Shown here: one piece after another, positions 13,901 to 28,210 of the stretch
Layout: each line of letters opens with the position of its first letter
Position numbering within the stretch: position 1 is the first letter of the stretch
DNA from: Ophelia neglecta
Taxonomy: Eukaryota
Direction: 5' to 3'
Assembly: GCA_965285935.1 (NCBI GenBank)
Contig: OZ260661.1
Coordinates: 128,154,001-128,218,000, forward strand
Length of the DNA: 64,000 nt
Program-made: the position numbers and the translations under genes
Notes under the pieces: model-generated
Databases searched by the model: none
Told to the model about the DNA's origin: nothing
The model's input: only the letters and a program-made list of their open reading frames with translations

Positions 13901-14910
13901 AAATTCTGACCACCCAAAATCTCAAAACTGCACTTCCCCAGCAAATGGCCAGAACCTGGCAAGCTGGGCTTGTAGGTGTGTAGAGTGCAACCCATTGGAT
14001 AGGAAAAGTGAGCATCGTGGCGCACTATTTTCATCAATATGCCTATCAAAGTTGCACATTTTGCTCCATTGCGATCTAAATCTTCAAGCTCGTCAGCAAG
14101 CTAGAAGAATTGATCCATGTTTGACCAAGATATCACTTTTAAATTAAGGTTTACGGCGCGAAAATGTCATTAATTTCGTCATGGAAGCGAGAAGATGTCC
14201 TCTAAGGGTTTGGCAATAATAACCTTGATGGAACTCATTCTATTGTGCCAAAGGCTAACATATCTATTTTCAAAAATTGTGCTAAAGAAATATCAGGTTA
14301 GCCTCTTCTTTATTTGTTTAAACTGATTGCCTGTTGACCCCGGCCCGTGCCCCTCTTCAGCCGCTTGGTGCACATTGGAGATCGGTGCTTCGCGGAGCGT
14401 CCTTGAGATGTTTTTTCTGGCTGTTCATAAGCTATTGTTCGATCTTGGCATATCGCTTATCAAACCTGACACCGGTGTATAAAATAATTATTGCCTCACG
14501 ACGGTTGGGAGAGTACTAAATGAGTTATGAATTTGGGAGAGAGTTAACAATTGATGGTTATCCCAGTAACGAAAAGTATCGATTAATTGGAGTAATATGG
14601 GTTGGTTCTATTAAGTTTCTCGACTGGATGATGGATTATTAAAAGCTATTCTGTTATTACTCGACAATATAATTAGCATATATGCTGAATCGATATTATT
14701 TTCCGCTGTATGACTCTGGCGTACCATTCGACCGGTGACAATTAAGGCGACAAATTGTATAGGTCACAATAACGGTTGTATGAAAACAGAGAGAGCGGTT
14801 ATCACTTAACACTAGGAATTTTGGTTTATCAGACATGTATAGCAACACGATACAAGTTTGTATAAGTGTTGTACATCATGAGCACAGGAAACAAGTTTCC
14901 GCCATTTGTA
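11000..14910 (-). mobile_element. Old, near full-length degenerate LINE (CR1/L2-group-like)
   Basis: RT motifs: VAVPKSGDKT..N.RTITI, GFYKKAPTSDNIFIL, KLYVCLVDFS, INHHILVYELIKSGIHGRVIDTL..GVTQ (12292-12760). C-terminal TGRYHRP..LC motif near 11060-11170. Weak endonuclease-like remnants (NLKVISW, LCNVYL) at 13830-14150. The 5' boundary is tentative. Confidence 0.8.
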
Positions 14911-14959
14911 AGCACATGACGCGTACTAGAAAACTATACAGGGTAGGGTCCGCTCAAAT

Positions 14960-15320
14960 AATGGTGGGGGGAGAGGGGGGGTCATAGTGCATGATGGTTG
15001 AGGCTAAAGGGTGGGGGCGTGTTTGAAAAGGCGAGGGTTTGATGGTATAGGGAAAGGTGGATAGGGGGTGGCGGAGGAGAGAAGGGGGGGGGGGGGAGTC
15101 CAGGGGTGGGGTGGGGGGTTCGGTGTAAACGGGTGGAGGCGAGAGGGGGTTATGGAGGGATGGAGGCAACGGGGGTTCGCTAAGAGGGTTTTAGGCTTGA
15201 GGGGGGAGTACAGGTGAGGGGAAGGCGTGGAGGCACGGGGGTTAGGGGAAGGGAGCAGCGCTCGCCGCGAAGAAGACTTGCAGACACTCCTTTGGGAGGG
15301 GATGCCCCACCCCAAACCCT
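14960..15320 (+). repeat. G-rich low-complexity tract
   Basis: Dense G-runs with no fixed unit; explains Pro-rich ORFs on the minus strand. Confidence 0.7.
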
Positions 15321-16839
15321 AGTGTCGCTGTTATCTTGTTGGTGAAAATGAAAATGTACGTTAGTGGCTTTAGAAGGGTCACTCCCCTCTCACCATAACC
15401 TCACACGCCAGGAAACGCCATTCAAAATAAAAATTAAATGTGTGTGTGAGTGGCAGAGGGCGCCCTCTCCACAATCACCCTACATTCACACATAAGGGAC
15501 GCCAATGAAAGCAAACGTCATGTAATACCCGATTGTTAACAATCACAGACTGCCTTGGATTCAACCAGCTTCGGAGTCTCATTTAATATGCTTTATCGAA
15601 GTAAACAATATTAATCTCAACACCTCAAACGGCGCATTCAATAATTTTAATATCATAAATGAACGACCTTTAAATAAAATACTAAATTATTTAATATCTA
15701 AAAAGCCTAATGTCTCAGTGTTGACATTGGTGCAGAGAAAATGCAGCTATAAAATTGTGTGTCTATTGGGCTTTGTAAAATGTCAATGGCAATTCAAGTA
15801 AGCTTGCATTATTTACATCGTGACGCAAACTAAGCTGAAAGGAAACAACTTGACATACAAACGCCTTATCAATTTTTATATATCTGTATATCTGGCATTT
15901 GCACAGCAATACATAACTTTGTAATCCAATATCATATCAAACACTCCAACGCATTATCGCCCACTCCATTTGTTCATTTATTGAATGTCTTCAGCTGTAA
16001 TAAACATTTCTGTGTGCTGTGTCAATTTGTGCGAGACTGTATGTGTCTAATGTGATGACTATCGGTCATCGGGAACGATTCACCCTACGTCACAGGGCTC
16101 AATTGAGCTCAAACAACAAGTATTGACACCACAAATAACAGCACTATCGTCTAGTGAAGGTTATTTTGTATTTGATTTATCTAACCAGCCCAATTTGAAT
16201 GCAGGTGTATAAGATAATTAGGTAGTGATGTAGGTCAACTATGGTTTTAAGACTGTGAGAGTCACACCTGGGCTGTGTAAAAAATTAATAAATTTAGTCC
16301 GGGGGGGGGGGGGGGGGGGCTTCCAGGCAAAGGACTTCCAAAACTTATACACCGGCTTAATCACCCATTTCACATTTTATGTCTAGTGTATCGATTTCAA
16401 ATGTCGAGCCCTCGCAGTCAGGAAAGCCAAGGTCTCGCCTGTCGTTCGTTATCACAGCACTATGAAGAAGGAGCGAATCATTTCGTTCTGCCGCGTGTAC
16501 GTTCGTATGTATTGTAATATTTTTCCTAGACTTTTTGCGATACAAGCTAGAAACGTTGGATATTGTTTACTACCAGGGGAGTGCAGGGCTTTTCAAATTT
16601 CGTTAGGCAATGTGCCCTAATTTGTATTTTCTTATTACAACAACATATTTGTTATGGAAGTGTATGTTGATAATCGCCGCGTACTATAATTTGTTAGGTC
16701 TTAAAATTTTACTGAAGTAGGATATCTGAATATGCGATCATGCCTAAATATTCTGTTGTGTGAAAGACTGTGGAGCTTCTACGCCGAAGCAAAAGCAGCT
16801 GTACAAATACCGATGGGCGCGAGGTGTTAGCTTGTGGCC

Positions 16840-17010
16840 TTGGCCTAGCGCAATCACCTCGGCTGTTAGTTTCATAAGTCCTGCCTTTTGCAATTCTGAA
16901 TTGTTATAATCCCGTTCATACAAATATTTCCGGCAATCGGTCACTGTCCACTTCGATATATCAGTGTGTTTACTTATTACATTCGCTGTCCGCTTTCCTC
17001 TTGCCGCCAT
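16840..17010 (-). pseudogene. SAP-like motif ORF fragment, probably transposon-derived
   Basis: AAAATGGCG start, then MAARGKR..ISKWTVTDCRKYLYERDYNNSELQKAGLMKL, matching the SAP pattern TVxxLKxxLxxRxxxxSxxKAxL. Confidence 0.4.
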
Positions 17011-17877
17011 TTTAACCCTACCAGTAGTGTCAGGTGGTTCGGCGTGATACATGACAAGCCTCCAAGCAAACATGACGGAACCGATCTCCGGGGATCCTTA
17101 TTCATTTCTCACTGGTGGCCATTATGACATTCGTGTAAATTGTGTACATTTCTAAAGATGCAGCTACCCCGTTAGCTGCTTAGCTGTGAATAATGTATCG
17201 ACCAATGTCCACATAATATCAATATTTACTGTTGGTTATGTTGCATATTTTTCTTCAGTATACCTAGCTTTTTGAAGTAGCTCCCCTTTTACACAGGCAT
17301 GCGTAATCGCCATATGTTTCTCTTGGGGTACTACTCCCAGACATGCCAAAACACTTTCGAAAACTTCCGAGATGTCCATAAACGGTGTATATTCATACAC
17401 CCAAGAATTTCACCTAATCATAATAACCTAAAATCACAACAGCAACCCATTTGGCCTTGAGTTTACAGACGACCTATATTCATGGGACTAAATTAATCTA
17501 CATATCATATCATTAGTGTTGTCACGATGAAGGAGCATAATCGAAAGTCGGTCCTTATCAAGGGCTTGAATGAGAAAAATCAACAATCGATTTAATCGAA
17601 ATCGGACTCTGTTGATATTAAGTCAGTAATATTAGATGGTTTCTCTTCCAAGTTAACATTGAAAATTTGCTGGATTCTTTATATGAAAATATAGCTTTAT
17701 TGATACTTTTTAATAATTTTATACATAAAAAATTGATATCTTTTATTAATCCTATTGATGATCGATCGGTTGTGTACAACTGATGATCGATTATGAAGTT
17801 GGCACCGATTGACAACCCTACATATATAATATAACGACTTTCTTAACAAATATGGATTGGATTGGAAACGGTAGAAT

Positions 17878-18080
17878 GTGGACAAGTCATCCCTGTTGGA
17901 TTGGCTTAAAGCCTGTAAAACAGGGGTATAGACAAGCGTATTAAAAGGTTACGTTACAAGATTGTGAAACAACCTTTTTCACTTCTAGATGACCCAGAAG
18001 TAAAATACTACTTATCATCTCTCCGTAGATTTTTTTTGGTTTCATTTGACAAAGCACCGAAAAATGTTGCATTTTTTCAC
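17878..18080 (+). mobile_element. Penelope-like element RT N-terminal fragment
   Basis: LLDWLKACK..IDKRIKRL..LLDDPEVKYYLSSLRRFFLVSFDKAPKNVAF matches the L.DP.V..YL..L...F..V..DKA..N.AF segment preceding PLE RT motif 1. Confidence 0.6.
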
Positions 18081-19385
18081 AGTTATGGAAAACGTCCCTT
18101 TGCAAATAACCCACGCAATAACACCCAACAATTTATTTCATTTATGTCCCCATACGTTGGTCTCTGACTTTTGTTTTGTGCTATGACTCAACAAAAAAAT
18201 TGTTGACTTATGTTTTCAGAATTTACGCACCCTACGCTGTCTATAGTTATGAGACACGAACATGTGCAAAATACAGTTTAATCCATTGCCCACTGCCATC
18301 TGTCTATACATCTGTGCGTTGTTAACGGAAATTAAAAGTTAAAAAGATGGTAGCAATGGTGTACTCCTTCATATTAACATATTTATTCTGGGTAGCCCTT
18401 TCATGTTTTCTGTTATGCCAAAGGGCCCGTCACGTGAAGAATACTTTAGGTGTACCAATAAACAAAACAATTTCGCATTTTTCACCAAATATGTCTGGCA
18501 CCATCTAAATGTCAATTTAAAAGTCGAATATCAATGTTTAGTTTTCTAAGCATCCCATTAAAGTGTCTTGGGTGTCTGTATTTTCCCTAGTAGTCTAAAT
18601 ACCATCTGAACGGAAGGCTGAACTGTGTATTTTACTAAGGTTAATAGTTACTTGTGATCTAATTGAGAGTACAACCACCACCCTCTCCCATACACACACA
18701 GACAAGGCACGTTACTATCTGACATCCTACCCACAGGAATTATATATGGTACCTAGACATATATATGGCGCCTACTCTCACCAAGCAGACCGTTCATGCA
18801 TGTATGATGAGCTATATGGTCTGATGACCACCGGGCTTCGCCGTAAATAGAGCCAACCGTTTAGGGAATATCCGGGATCCGCGAAATGGTACCACCGTCC
18901 AGCAAGCAACTCAACGCGCACATAACGACGCTCTTATGGCCGACAGTACGGTAAGTCATTTAACCAAGCGCCCTGATCACTTCGTTATTTGTGTTATAAA
19001 TAAGGAGATTTGGCAGCCATTGTCCATAAGACCATCTGTATGCCCTTCGCTACCCACCTGACCGAGCAGTGGCATGCTCGATAACGCTAATCGAGGAATC
19101 GAATATAGAACCCTTAGCCTACCAAAGACGAAATTGGAAGAATTGTAACAACAAAATAAATGGCGGCAGACATGCGCAATAGACGTTTGCAGTCAGGCGG
19201 CCCCGACTTATAATCATACTGACAAAAAATCGGCTTACATTAAAAGTTTCAGGATTATTATATAAAATAGTCCATCGTTCCCTCTCGAACACATAGGCAC
19301 GACCCTTCTCAATCTATAACCCCACACAGCTAGTCCAAGAGGGTCATTTCCACATCTATTAAAACTCCTTTTCGTTTGTACCTAC

Positions 19386-20090
19386 CTTTGCTGGTTTTGA
19401 TGACATGGGCTCTTCCAGAAAAATATTAATCCGCCTCCGCCAAATCTGCCATTGCGTGGCGTGGCCAAGGTCTGGTGCCATATTGGCGTATTCCGATAGA
19501 GTTTTCGATTCGAAAGCTTCGTCTATGCGCTCGAAAATCTTTTTTTCTTCCTCAAACTCCCGGTATCTGTTCCAGCAGCAAGGGCTGATGTCTGCTTCAT
19601 CCACGTTCCAGTACATGAGTTCCTTTTGAATGCTTGGGCCGCAAAAGTGATGTGGAAAATGTAATTCATCACAGCGGTAAAAGTCCAATATATAACCAAA
19701 CATGATAGGATTCCGGTCGAAGAACCACTCGCCGCTCTCCTTGTGGTAGTTAGGGTCACTCTCGCAGAGGTTGGACAGCCTCGTGCCTGGCACGTGATCT
19801 AGTGTTCCTCGCGTGGTGACGAAGACCTGACCGCCAACGTTGATCCGGATGAGTTCCATGCTGGAGTCGGGCACGTCCAGCGGCGGGCTCGGCTGACTGT
19901 TAGGGATCGTCAGCTCCATCCTACTGTTGGGGAAGTTTTGGTTGCTGGTGGCGCTGGTGGTTGTGCTGTTATTGGGGCTAGTGTTGTAGTTTCCTAGCAG
20001 TCGGTCTAAGCTCTCGGCCATTTCCATCCTCCCCGGACTATCTCCCGGGCTAGAGCAGGACTCCTCGGAGCTCACAACATGGTGTTGCAT
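19386..20090 (-). CDS. Shaw/Kv3-like voltage-gated potassium channel alpha subunit, first coding exon (N-terminus + T1/BTB tetramerisation domain), 235 codons
   Basis: INVGG..F.T...TL..VPGTRLS, EWFFDRNP..F.YILDFYR..ELHFP..CGP....EL.YW, PCCW (Shaw-type H/C/CC zinc site) and pre-S1 IFLEEPMSSKPAK, followed by phase-0 donor AAG|GTAGGT at 19386/19385. ATG at 20090 is the first in-frame ATG; the true start is uncertain. Confidence 0.93.
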
Positions 20091-21649
20091 TCGTTCGTCA
20101 ATCAGCTTATACTTCCACACGAAAATAAACGAATCTTACATTGCACGGCTATTTTACAACTACAGGGGATTTGCCTATGGCATCATTATTGTTTTGTTAG
20201 CGGAGTGACACGGGTGTGACGCGGTTGGTTAAATAAGCCGATGGCAAATGTTTGTATTACCGCTCAAGTCAGCAACACTAATTCTCTTAACCCTATCCTT
20301 CGAGTATTGGCTACAGCGAAACGTGCAGCGGTTTCATCCAAAATTATTGATTAGCCTATTGAGTATGTCCGTACTTCTTGGAAAGTGGATAATTAGAAAT
20401 ACCCAATTAATTTCTTCTTATCAGCTGCTAGCTTTACCCAGGCTAACGATTAAAACTGGTCGTGCTTCAATCTCTCGCGCGGTGCGTCTTCGTCGAATTT
20501 ACACTATCTCGATCATTTCAAGTCTTACAATGTGTAATTGACCGGCGACTTGTCCAGTCATTGATCCGCTGTCTCCTTGGGCGTCCGACAAACGCTGAAT
20601 GCGGACTAGCCAATTTGGTAGGCTTTTCTTGTGGGAAATCAACAACTTACGCGACCGCGGGTTGAATAACAAATGGTCTAAGAATACAAGGAAAGGTCTG
20701 CGAGCACTTCTTGTTATTTGAAAAGTCCTTTCTGAATATAATTCCAATTAACTGCTGGTATATTATGCTGGTCATTTCTATCCTTCGTGTACCAACGCAC
20801 TTATCGGATTAACAGAATCCTGACATCATTTAAATTGCTGTTTATTCCAAAGGGTCGACAAGAGGTATTGCTTTCACAGCATTTCACAGTACGCTTGCCG
20901 GATAGTAATTGCTGAACAAACATGGTTAATTTCAACTTTATCGGAACAGTCCGTGTCAAAATGTTCGACCAATTTATATTATTAACAGAGAGGATTAATG
21001 GTTAATAAATGTTAGGCGACTGGTGTCATGATCTACTGTTACCTGAACACATTCAATGGGCCAACCCTCACATTAAGCCGTGCATTTGGTTTTTCCGTTA
21101 ATTACCTACTGTAGATTCTGCATGCCTCGCACCGTTCACGTTGTTCCACAGGTAATCAATATGTTAAAATATACATAGAACAAGGGCCTCAATGTAACAT
21201 ATGGGCTGTTCAATACTCGAGTTTGCTCGACAACTTTAAGTTCACCTTTCATGCGATTCACAATTATTGTCTGTCAGGGCATAGCATATGAAGTGGACAT
21301 TTCCTACGACTGAACAAAAGACTCCATGGCTGAAAATCTATAATCTCGCGAAAGCTTTTCCTCCACACAACATTTTGTATACCAGAGTAAGTATTGAACC
21401 GATATCACCAACGGATTGACTGCCACGATATGTCTCCCTCACGCTCTAATTCAGAGCTATCTACCAGGAAGCTGTCCCAAGGAATCTCCCCTCCTGCTTC
21501 ACCCGCGGTATCGAATCGAGCTGGGGTATATTGTTGTCAAGGAGCCTATATCTTGAGCAAATGACTGATATGTAGGTTCCTTTGAGCACGGAGCTCTAGA
21601 AAATAAAATTGAGCATGTTAAAAGGTTTCTGATTGGTTTAATCCGGCTG

Positions 21650-22400
21650 TTTTCTTGGTATCACTGAAGCTCGAATCCTGCACGACCTTGACTAAAGCAA
21701 TGGACGTACCCTGCTCCCATCAGAGCAATGTTCTTACTGGGTCCTTTTTAACATCAACACAGAGTATGAATTTCCTTGCACGATACACATTGCTTCTGGT
21801 CTTCACTCTGTTGCTGATACAGGTCAGGTCAGTTCCATAGTTGTCCGTACCTGGCTAGTCAAAGTGCCGGAGTCATCCCTTGTTCCGATGTCCTCTCGAT
21901 GCTGCCTTGCCATTTGGCCTTGTTCATTAGGCGGCGGAGGAACCGAGCCTAGCTGCTTCGCACTCCGTCCTGTCTGAGGCGCCGCTGTCAGAAGTGTGTG
22001 CTGCTTAGGTCGAGCATTTCGCGGGCGATCCTGAACATACGATATACTTACCGGGGTGCGGGTCGGATCCAGCAGTTAACTGGGGGTTAAGCTCAAGTTG
22101 AAGGCGCGGAGTCAACACCTCCGCTGTCCCTTCAACAACTCCCCTGTCCCTTCTTCATACACACTCTCCGTGAACTACCCCTTTCTACTCGGACCTATAG
22201 ATGTGGCAACCCGCCCCCGAGAGGGGACTCCGCATCCGCCTAACTATTTCTTGGGCATGATAATGCAATGCCATTGGATGCTGGTAGATACTGATGGTTG
22301 TGTCTCCTACACGCCCCGCGTAGCCTGTACAAAGAACGCCGGGCCTGCTGTATTGATTGTGATCGTATTTGTCGAGATCACAAGGGGCCTCAATTATTTA
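21650..22400 (-). mobile_element. Possible BEL/Pao gag relic
   Basis: GC-richer stretch; minus frame reads KQCVSCKEIHTLC*C (CX2CX3HX4C knuckle) followed by VHCFSQG. Confidence 0.28.
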
Positions 22401-23176
22401 TGACAGATGGGCAACTGCGCCATCGGTTAACATATCCCTGATTTAATGCGTCGTGTATATACCGAACAGAGACTGGACGTTTGCGGTGGCTTATTAATAA
22501 TCTGGATAATAAAATGATTGAATGGATTGATATCAAACGACTGGTTCACAGCTGGTGTACTTGAATTGTCATATTTACTTAAATAATCTCCCATGCTGGA
22601 GTTGGGCTTTCGTTTGTTAAGGGGAAGTATACATAACATTCATGTTGTCTATTGTAAACTATGTAATGCAAGGAATAATGGACGGCTTTTGTAGATAATA
22701 TTGTATCCCTAAGGCAACTGCAAACCGCCCATTGTAGATCTTAGTCCCTCTGACTGCCAACACACAGGGAAGACCGTGCATACATCATTGAAAGGCAAAG
22801 GTATATATTAATACAAGGTGACAACAAGGTATATAGTCAATCTGATGTCAAAATTGACCCAAGGCCAAGGGTCGTAGTATACGACAAATAATAGTCGGCG
22901 TCTAGGTATATAACATTGATATTGAGCGAAATATATTGACTACCAGGTAGCCATAAGTTAAAAAGCTAAACACACTAGTTATATAGGACCTAAACCGACT
23001 ACGTGAGGATTTACTAATTTTGATTAGGTGATAAATCTTGAAAATGCTAGAAGCGCCTTCAGCTTCATAAGATAAGATGGTCGAATTGATTAGATAAATA
23101 GTTAATCCGACCAACCTGTTTGGTAAAATAAAGTGGCCAACTGCACATCCCTTGTAGAAATTGAGTCAAAATTGCT

Positions 23177-24380
23177 GGTTAAATGTAGTCAAATTGGATA
23201 AAGTATTCAACCGGTTAGTCACATAGACAGTAATCCGATAGACACATTTGGTCCATGAGACTAGTGTCAAGGGGGTCTTATTGACCCCCGAAGGTGTAGT
23301 CGTCCTGGCCAAATGTGGTGGCGGGTTTGGAGGTTGCGATGCCCAGTGGGGACCAATGTGGTGGAGGGAGTGGAGCTTGTGGTACCCAGTGGGGGGACCA
23401 AATGGTGCCCAACCGATCCCAAGAGTACAAGGCACACAAAAGATAGTTATTTTTTTGTTGCTTGTAAAATCTATATGAAAAGTTGTATTTATATATGAGA
23501 GATAGCTAACGGCGCCATTAGACTGAAACTGCATCGGAAAATAGTTAATAATTGATGAACTGCAAACATGCAACATGCCCCCCTCCCTGTTCGTGCGATG
23601 AAGCACGCAGTAATTTGTGCATACTTTAAATTATGGTTCTTATTAAATTAATGTTCAGTTTGCAAGCCTCAAAATAATCACCATATTAAGATGTTGGCAT
23701 CCGCATCCTTCACTGGTCGATTTGTTTAAGACCCTTTACAACCATATCTGGGTGTCCTATCTACTGGCCCCAGAGCGATCACAAGTACATGCCAGCCTCC
23801 AGTGGCCCTATTATGGACGCTCTAAGTGAAAGCCTCGGATATAGCCAACTGCATCTCTTGACATTAACCTTTATAGCATAATAAATGAGATGAATGTTGT
23901 GTACATGAAGACGACCGGGTTAAAATAGGTTTTTATTTAATGCCATACCTCGGCTAGTTTGAGTTTTTCAAACCGTTTTCAGCCGGGTGGGGAGAAGGGG
24001 GGGGGGGTACTACATCTTTAAGGCAACACCCACCCTCTTTAAGGATGTATGGATCAAATTGCCGACAGGGAGAGGGCCACAGGCCCCATGACTCCTTTGA
24101 ATTGGGAAATGCTCTGCGGCAGTAAGATTGGTGACATTTAGGCGCCTCTGAAAAAGGGCCCGTTGAGGTCACCTTCAGCAGGGTGGGGAGGAAGGAAAGG
24201 GGGAGTGGGGTGGATTGGGAAATGTAGTGCGGCCGTAAGATTGATGAAATTTAGGCATCTTTCAAAAAAGAGTGTTTTTTTATGCCAAACCTCGGCTACT
24301 TTGAGCTTTTAAATATACCCTATTAAGGCTTAAAATATTAATGTTTAAAACAGTATTTGTAGTATAAGAATGCGGGCGGA
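23177..24380. repeat. Duplicated block A, copy 1
   Basis: Collinear high identity with 29976-30985, starting TGGTTAAATGTAGTCAAATTGG. Confidence 0.92.
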
Positions 24381-27300
24381 TGTGGTGTTATTTGATTTGA
24401 ATTTTCTTTTTACAGTAGGTAAATTAGCCTAATAAGTGCAATTCTTTTCTGATAATGTGACAAGATGTTTATGGTTAAACAATATCAGTCCTATATATAT
24501 GTATATGTACCCTGGTCACAGTGTCAATAACCCCCCAAGTTATGAAATATACCCTGTGTAAACGCGGAACATAATTGTATCACCATGTGATCATGGACCA
24601 CCGGAACGAGCTAAGGGAATTGGACAGGGTTCTCCTTAGAAAAATTATTCCAAATGCCAACTGCTCCTCTCTCCCGACGTCAGAATGCAATTTTTTTGAA
24701 ACAAAGACCCCATGAACAAGCACATTCCTTTGTAGCCATCCAAGCCTCCCAAGTTACTCAGGACCAGTCTGTGTTTAAATGAAAAATAAAAACTATTCAA
24801 TATTAAATGAGTAACATTGAAAATGTATAGAAATATGAGCATGACATGCCACCTATTCTTCTTGTGATCTATTTTGAAAAAGGGTTTTAAAGTTTACATT
24901 AATCTAAATTTCGAGATGAGTTGGCGTTCCAAAAACTAATAGGTCATTTTTGCTTGAACATTTGCATCTAACTTATTGGTTACTAAACTGTTCCTTAGAG
25001 AATTGATAGATGCATTTAATGCTAGCTGAGTTTTTTTTTTTTTTGGTGCACATCTATCTTAAACGCAAACTTGTTTGTCTTTGAACATTTTGACCAAGAC
25101 CAATCTTTCCGTGGCATGAGGATACCTTCAGAACAATTGTGTTGCTAAAATGTTTTCTTCTTGAAAAATTTAAGCATTTTCTATACCAACGTTTTTCTGT
25201 AAAAATATTCTTGGGAACGGAAACACATGATTGTCCAACTAAGGCAAACTGTCTTGTTAAAAATTCTTCATCCTAATTGTGTGTTCGTAAAGCATTTATA
25301 ACACAGATAAGAAAGAATATCCATTTCTAATCTGTATTAATTTCTGAATCATGTCTGTTGGCAGCTACAAAAAGCAATTATAAAACTCTAAAGCTGTCTT
25401 TGATAGCTCGAAAGTCGCATCGAGTATTATGTAACGTTTGGATAAATATTGAAAAGATTCACCATTAGCAAGTAAATTTAGCTGTCATCTCAAATCAATA
25501 CACAAACGAGTAAGAGTGACAAATTCTGTTAGAACATCATTACGAAGAGCAAGCATTATGTTTTTTAACACAGTACGGAGAAAGACGAGCAAGACGTGCG
25601 CCAAGGAACTCATATTTTCATTTAACATATGAAAGAGATTATTGCAATTGCATATAGAAAACACGTTTGTTTAATACAAATGAACTGATTATGACTGATT
25701 GAATCGCAAACATATTATAATTTATTGTTTGTATGATTATGTTCCTTTCCGGTAGGTGGTCTGATACGCGTTATTTAATATCACAATATCATCAGAAATA
25801 ATCATTTCTTGTTTCATGTGTTTCAAACGACGTTGGTTATTTACTAGGTGCGCAGTGACTAATGCTCGGAACATGTTTAAGTTTAAGTATGGTTTTATAC
25901 ATGATGCCAACTCTGCGTGCTCTAACTGACTGGAAACTTAAATTGGCAGCTGTCGTGTGAGACAAAATGGATGTCAGTTTAAATTGCAATGGTCTTTCGC
26001 ATTTTTCAAATGAAAGACTTCTGGTTCCTATGTGGATGCACTAAGTGGACGCTACTTCTTTGAATACTAGGCCCTAATTTGAACGTGTTTATTTCGGGGT
26101 TGTCAAATAAAGGCAGGAAGCTCGGCGGATGCTCGTAATGTGCTATAAGTCATTCTTCTTCCAATCTATTAAGGAGCGCTAGGACGTAGAAATGGTTATT
26201 AACCGTCTGGCCACCAACAAAGAAAGCCATGAGGGAACTTAAACCAAAATGAGGACTCAGTGCAAAGAAAAATGTAGCCTACTTAGTATATAGTTTCAGT
26301 TTATATGAATGTAAAGAAGCATTTCGAATTAATAAAGTGGACAAGTCAAAATATTTACGCAGGGAAACTACGAGTATTGTTTCTACATTTAAATTCATGA
26401 ACCTGAGAAGGTATATCCCCATAATTATATATATAGTAGTAATACTTTTAATAATAAGTTTAGAATATCTCTCGTTTTCCTTACTCGTGTTATGCGACCA
26501 GCCATTACTTTTCTCATTAGTGATAACTAAACCTGTTAAGCAATCATTACTTGATACATCAGACAGACTTAATAGAAGCATAGATATAGAGAATTATACA
26601 TATATGTGATAGAAGGTATTGTATTTAATCAAGGCGAGCATGTTTTGCAGAAGGAGAAATTCCTCCTTTTTACCATAGCTTGCCGTTGACCTGGTGGCTT
26701 TAACCCTGAGGTTTGTCGTTTGATATGTTTGGATTCTTTGTTCTCACAAGTAATCCTTTTCTGTTGCAGCAAACCTTGGATTATTGTGATGCTATAAAGC
26801 CTTGAAGTTATATTCGGTCGGTAACACTGTGGGACCTGTGAGATGTAGAAAGCCGGCTGCTTTAGCACGCGGGATGATCGATCACCTACCTAGCCTCTAA
26901 GGTCGGGCATCTGGTGGTCGGCTTCTGAATAATCATATATGTCGTTGGCAGGTTTAGTTTGCAAAAAAATATGCCATAGACGAACCGCCGTGTCATTATT
27001 GGATGCTGAGGGGTTTGCGGGTTGCCTGTTTTGAAGACTCAAGTTTAGGCTTTATTAAACCATACTATAGTAGTTGCCATGAACTGTTTTGAAGTGTCTT
27101 GGAATGTTAAAAAAATGTTAGGTGTCCTAATATCGCTCGTTGTTTAATTCCAGGCAGTGTTACACGTAGGCTTAATACACCCAGCATGTAGGTTTATTTC
27201 ATTAATGAACAATGTAAAGACGATTAAATGAATACTGGACAATATGCAAAATAGCCAAACATAGCCCTACAATAGTATAAAGTTTATTATGTAAGACAAG

Positions 27301-28210
27301 GTGTTAAGTATATGTATGTTCTTGTGTCTCACTGATATTTATAGCCACGCTGGCCCATGATTGGCCATTTATAAGCTCTTATTGATAAATAGGTGTTATG
27401 TAAAGTGGCCTTATTAACGATGAAACGGATATGTAGACAATACCAAGATACCGAGGAAATGTTGGGAGGTCTATTTAATTATTTGGTACGATGTACAGGA
27501 TATTGAGAGGTCAGGCTGATAGGTTGAAACGTATATAAATCCCACAGCGTTCACCCCTGTACGTTCACTGTGCGTTCACTCTTTCACACAATAGTCCAAT
27601 GAGCTGCCTCTGAATTCATAAGGACACAATCTTAAGCTAAATGATTTTTTTTGGCATGCCCACTTCTTTTTTAATTTCATTTACATAAACAAAAACACTT
27701 AACGTACAAATCAAAACCATAAGAACCAAGTTGAAATAATAATTTGAGATGATATAAAGCATCATATTAACATCTACAATGAGGATGACAAATGAATAAT
27801 AACAGTTAAATTAATTAATAAATATTAACAATGATATGATAATAGTTAGAAAAACACCACGTGCAATGTTTTGTAGCACAATAATACAGTTTGACCTTAA
27901 ATACCAAGGTTTGGGTTGAAATACTGTGAACATACGGGACTAACCACTCTTTGTTGAATGTTAACATAGCGATTTGGGGGCCACTTGGTCATGTTTGTCA
28001 ATATGCATAGGTTTAGACAAAGCATTTTCAAGTGCGCTCATATTTAGTGTAAATATATTAAGTAATAAGATACGACTATGAGGGCTAGATTTTGCGGCAG
28101 GGACATGCTCATTGTAATCCATGAAGGCATCAGACTAAAAGAAAAAATACATACTAGGATAGCTCTTTTGTACATTAGTCTTCCATGAAATATTTATTCA
28201 TTCACATTAA

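Noticed and set aside
18821-18890. Hammerhead ribozyme (CTGATGA...GAAA)
   Set aside because: No convincing stem II closing pair or flanking stems; other CTGATGA hits (3121, 8376, 10945, 17780) also lack the structure by eye.
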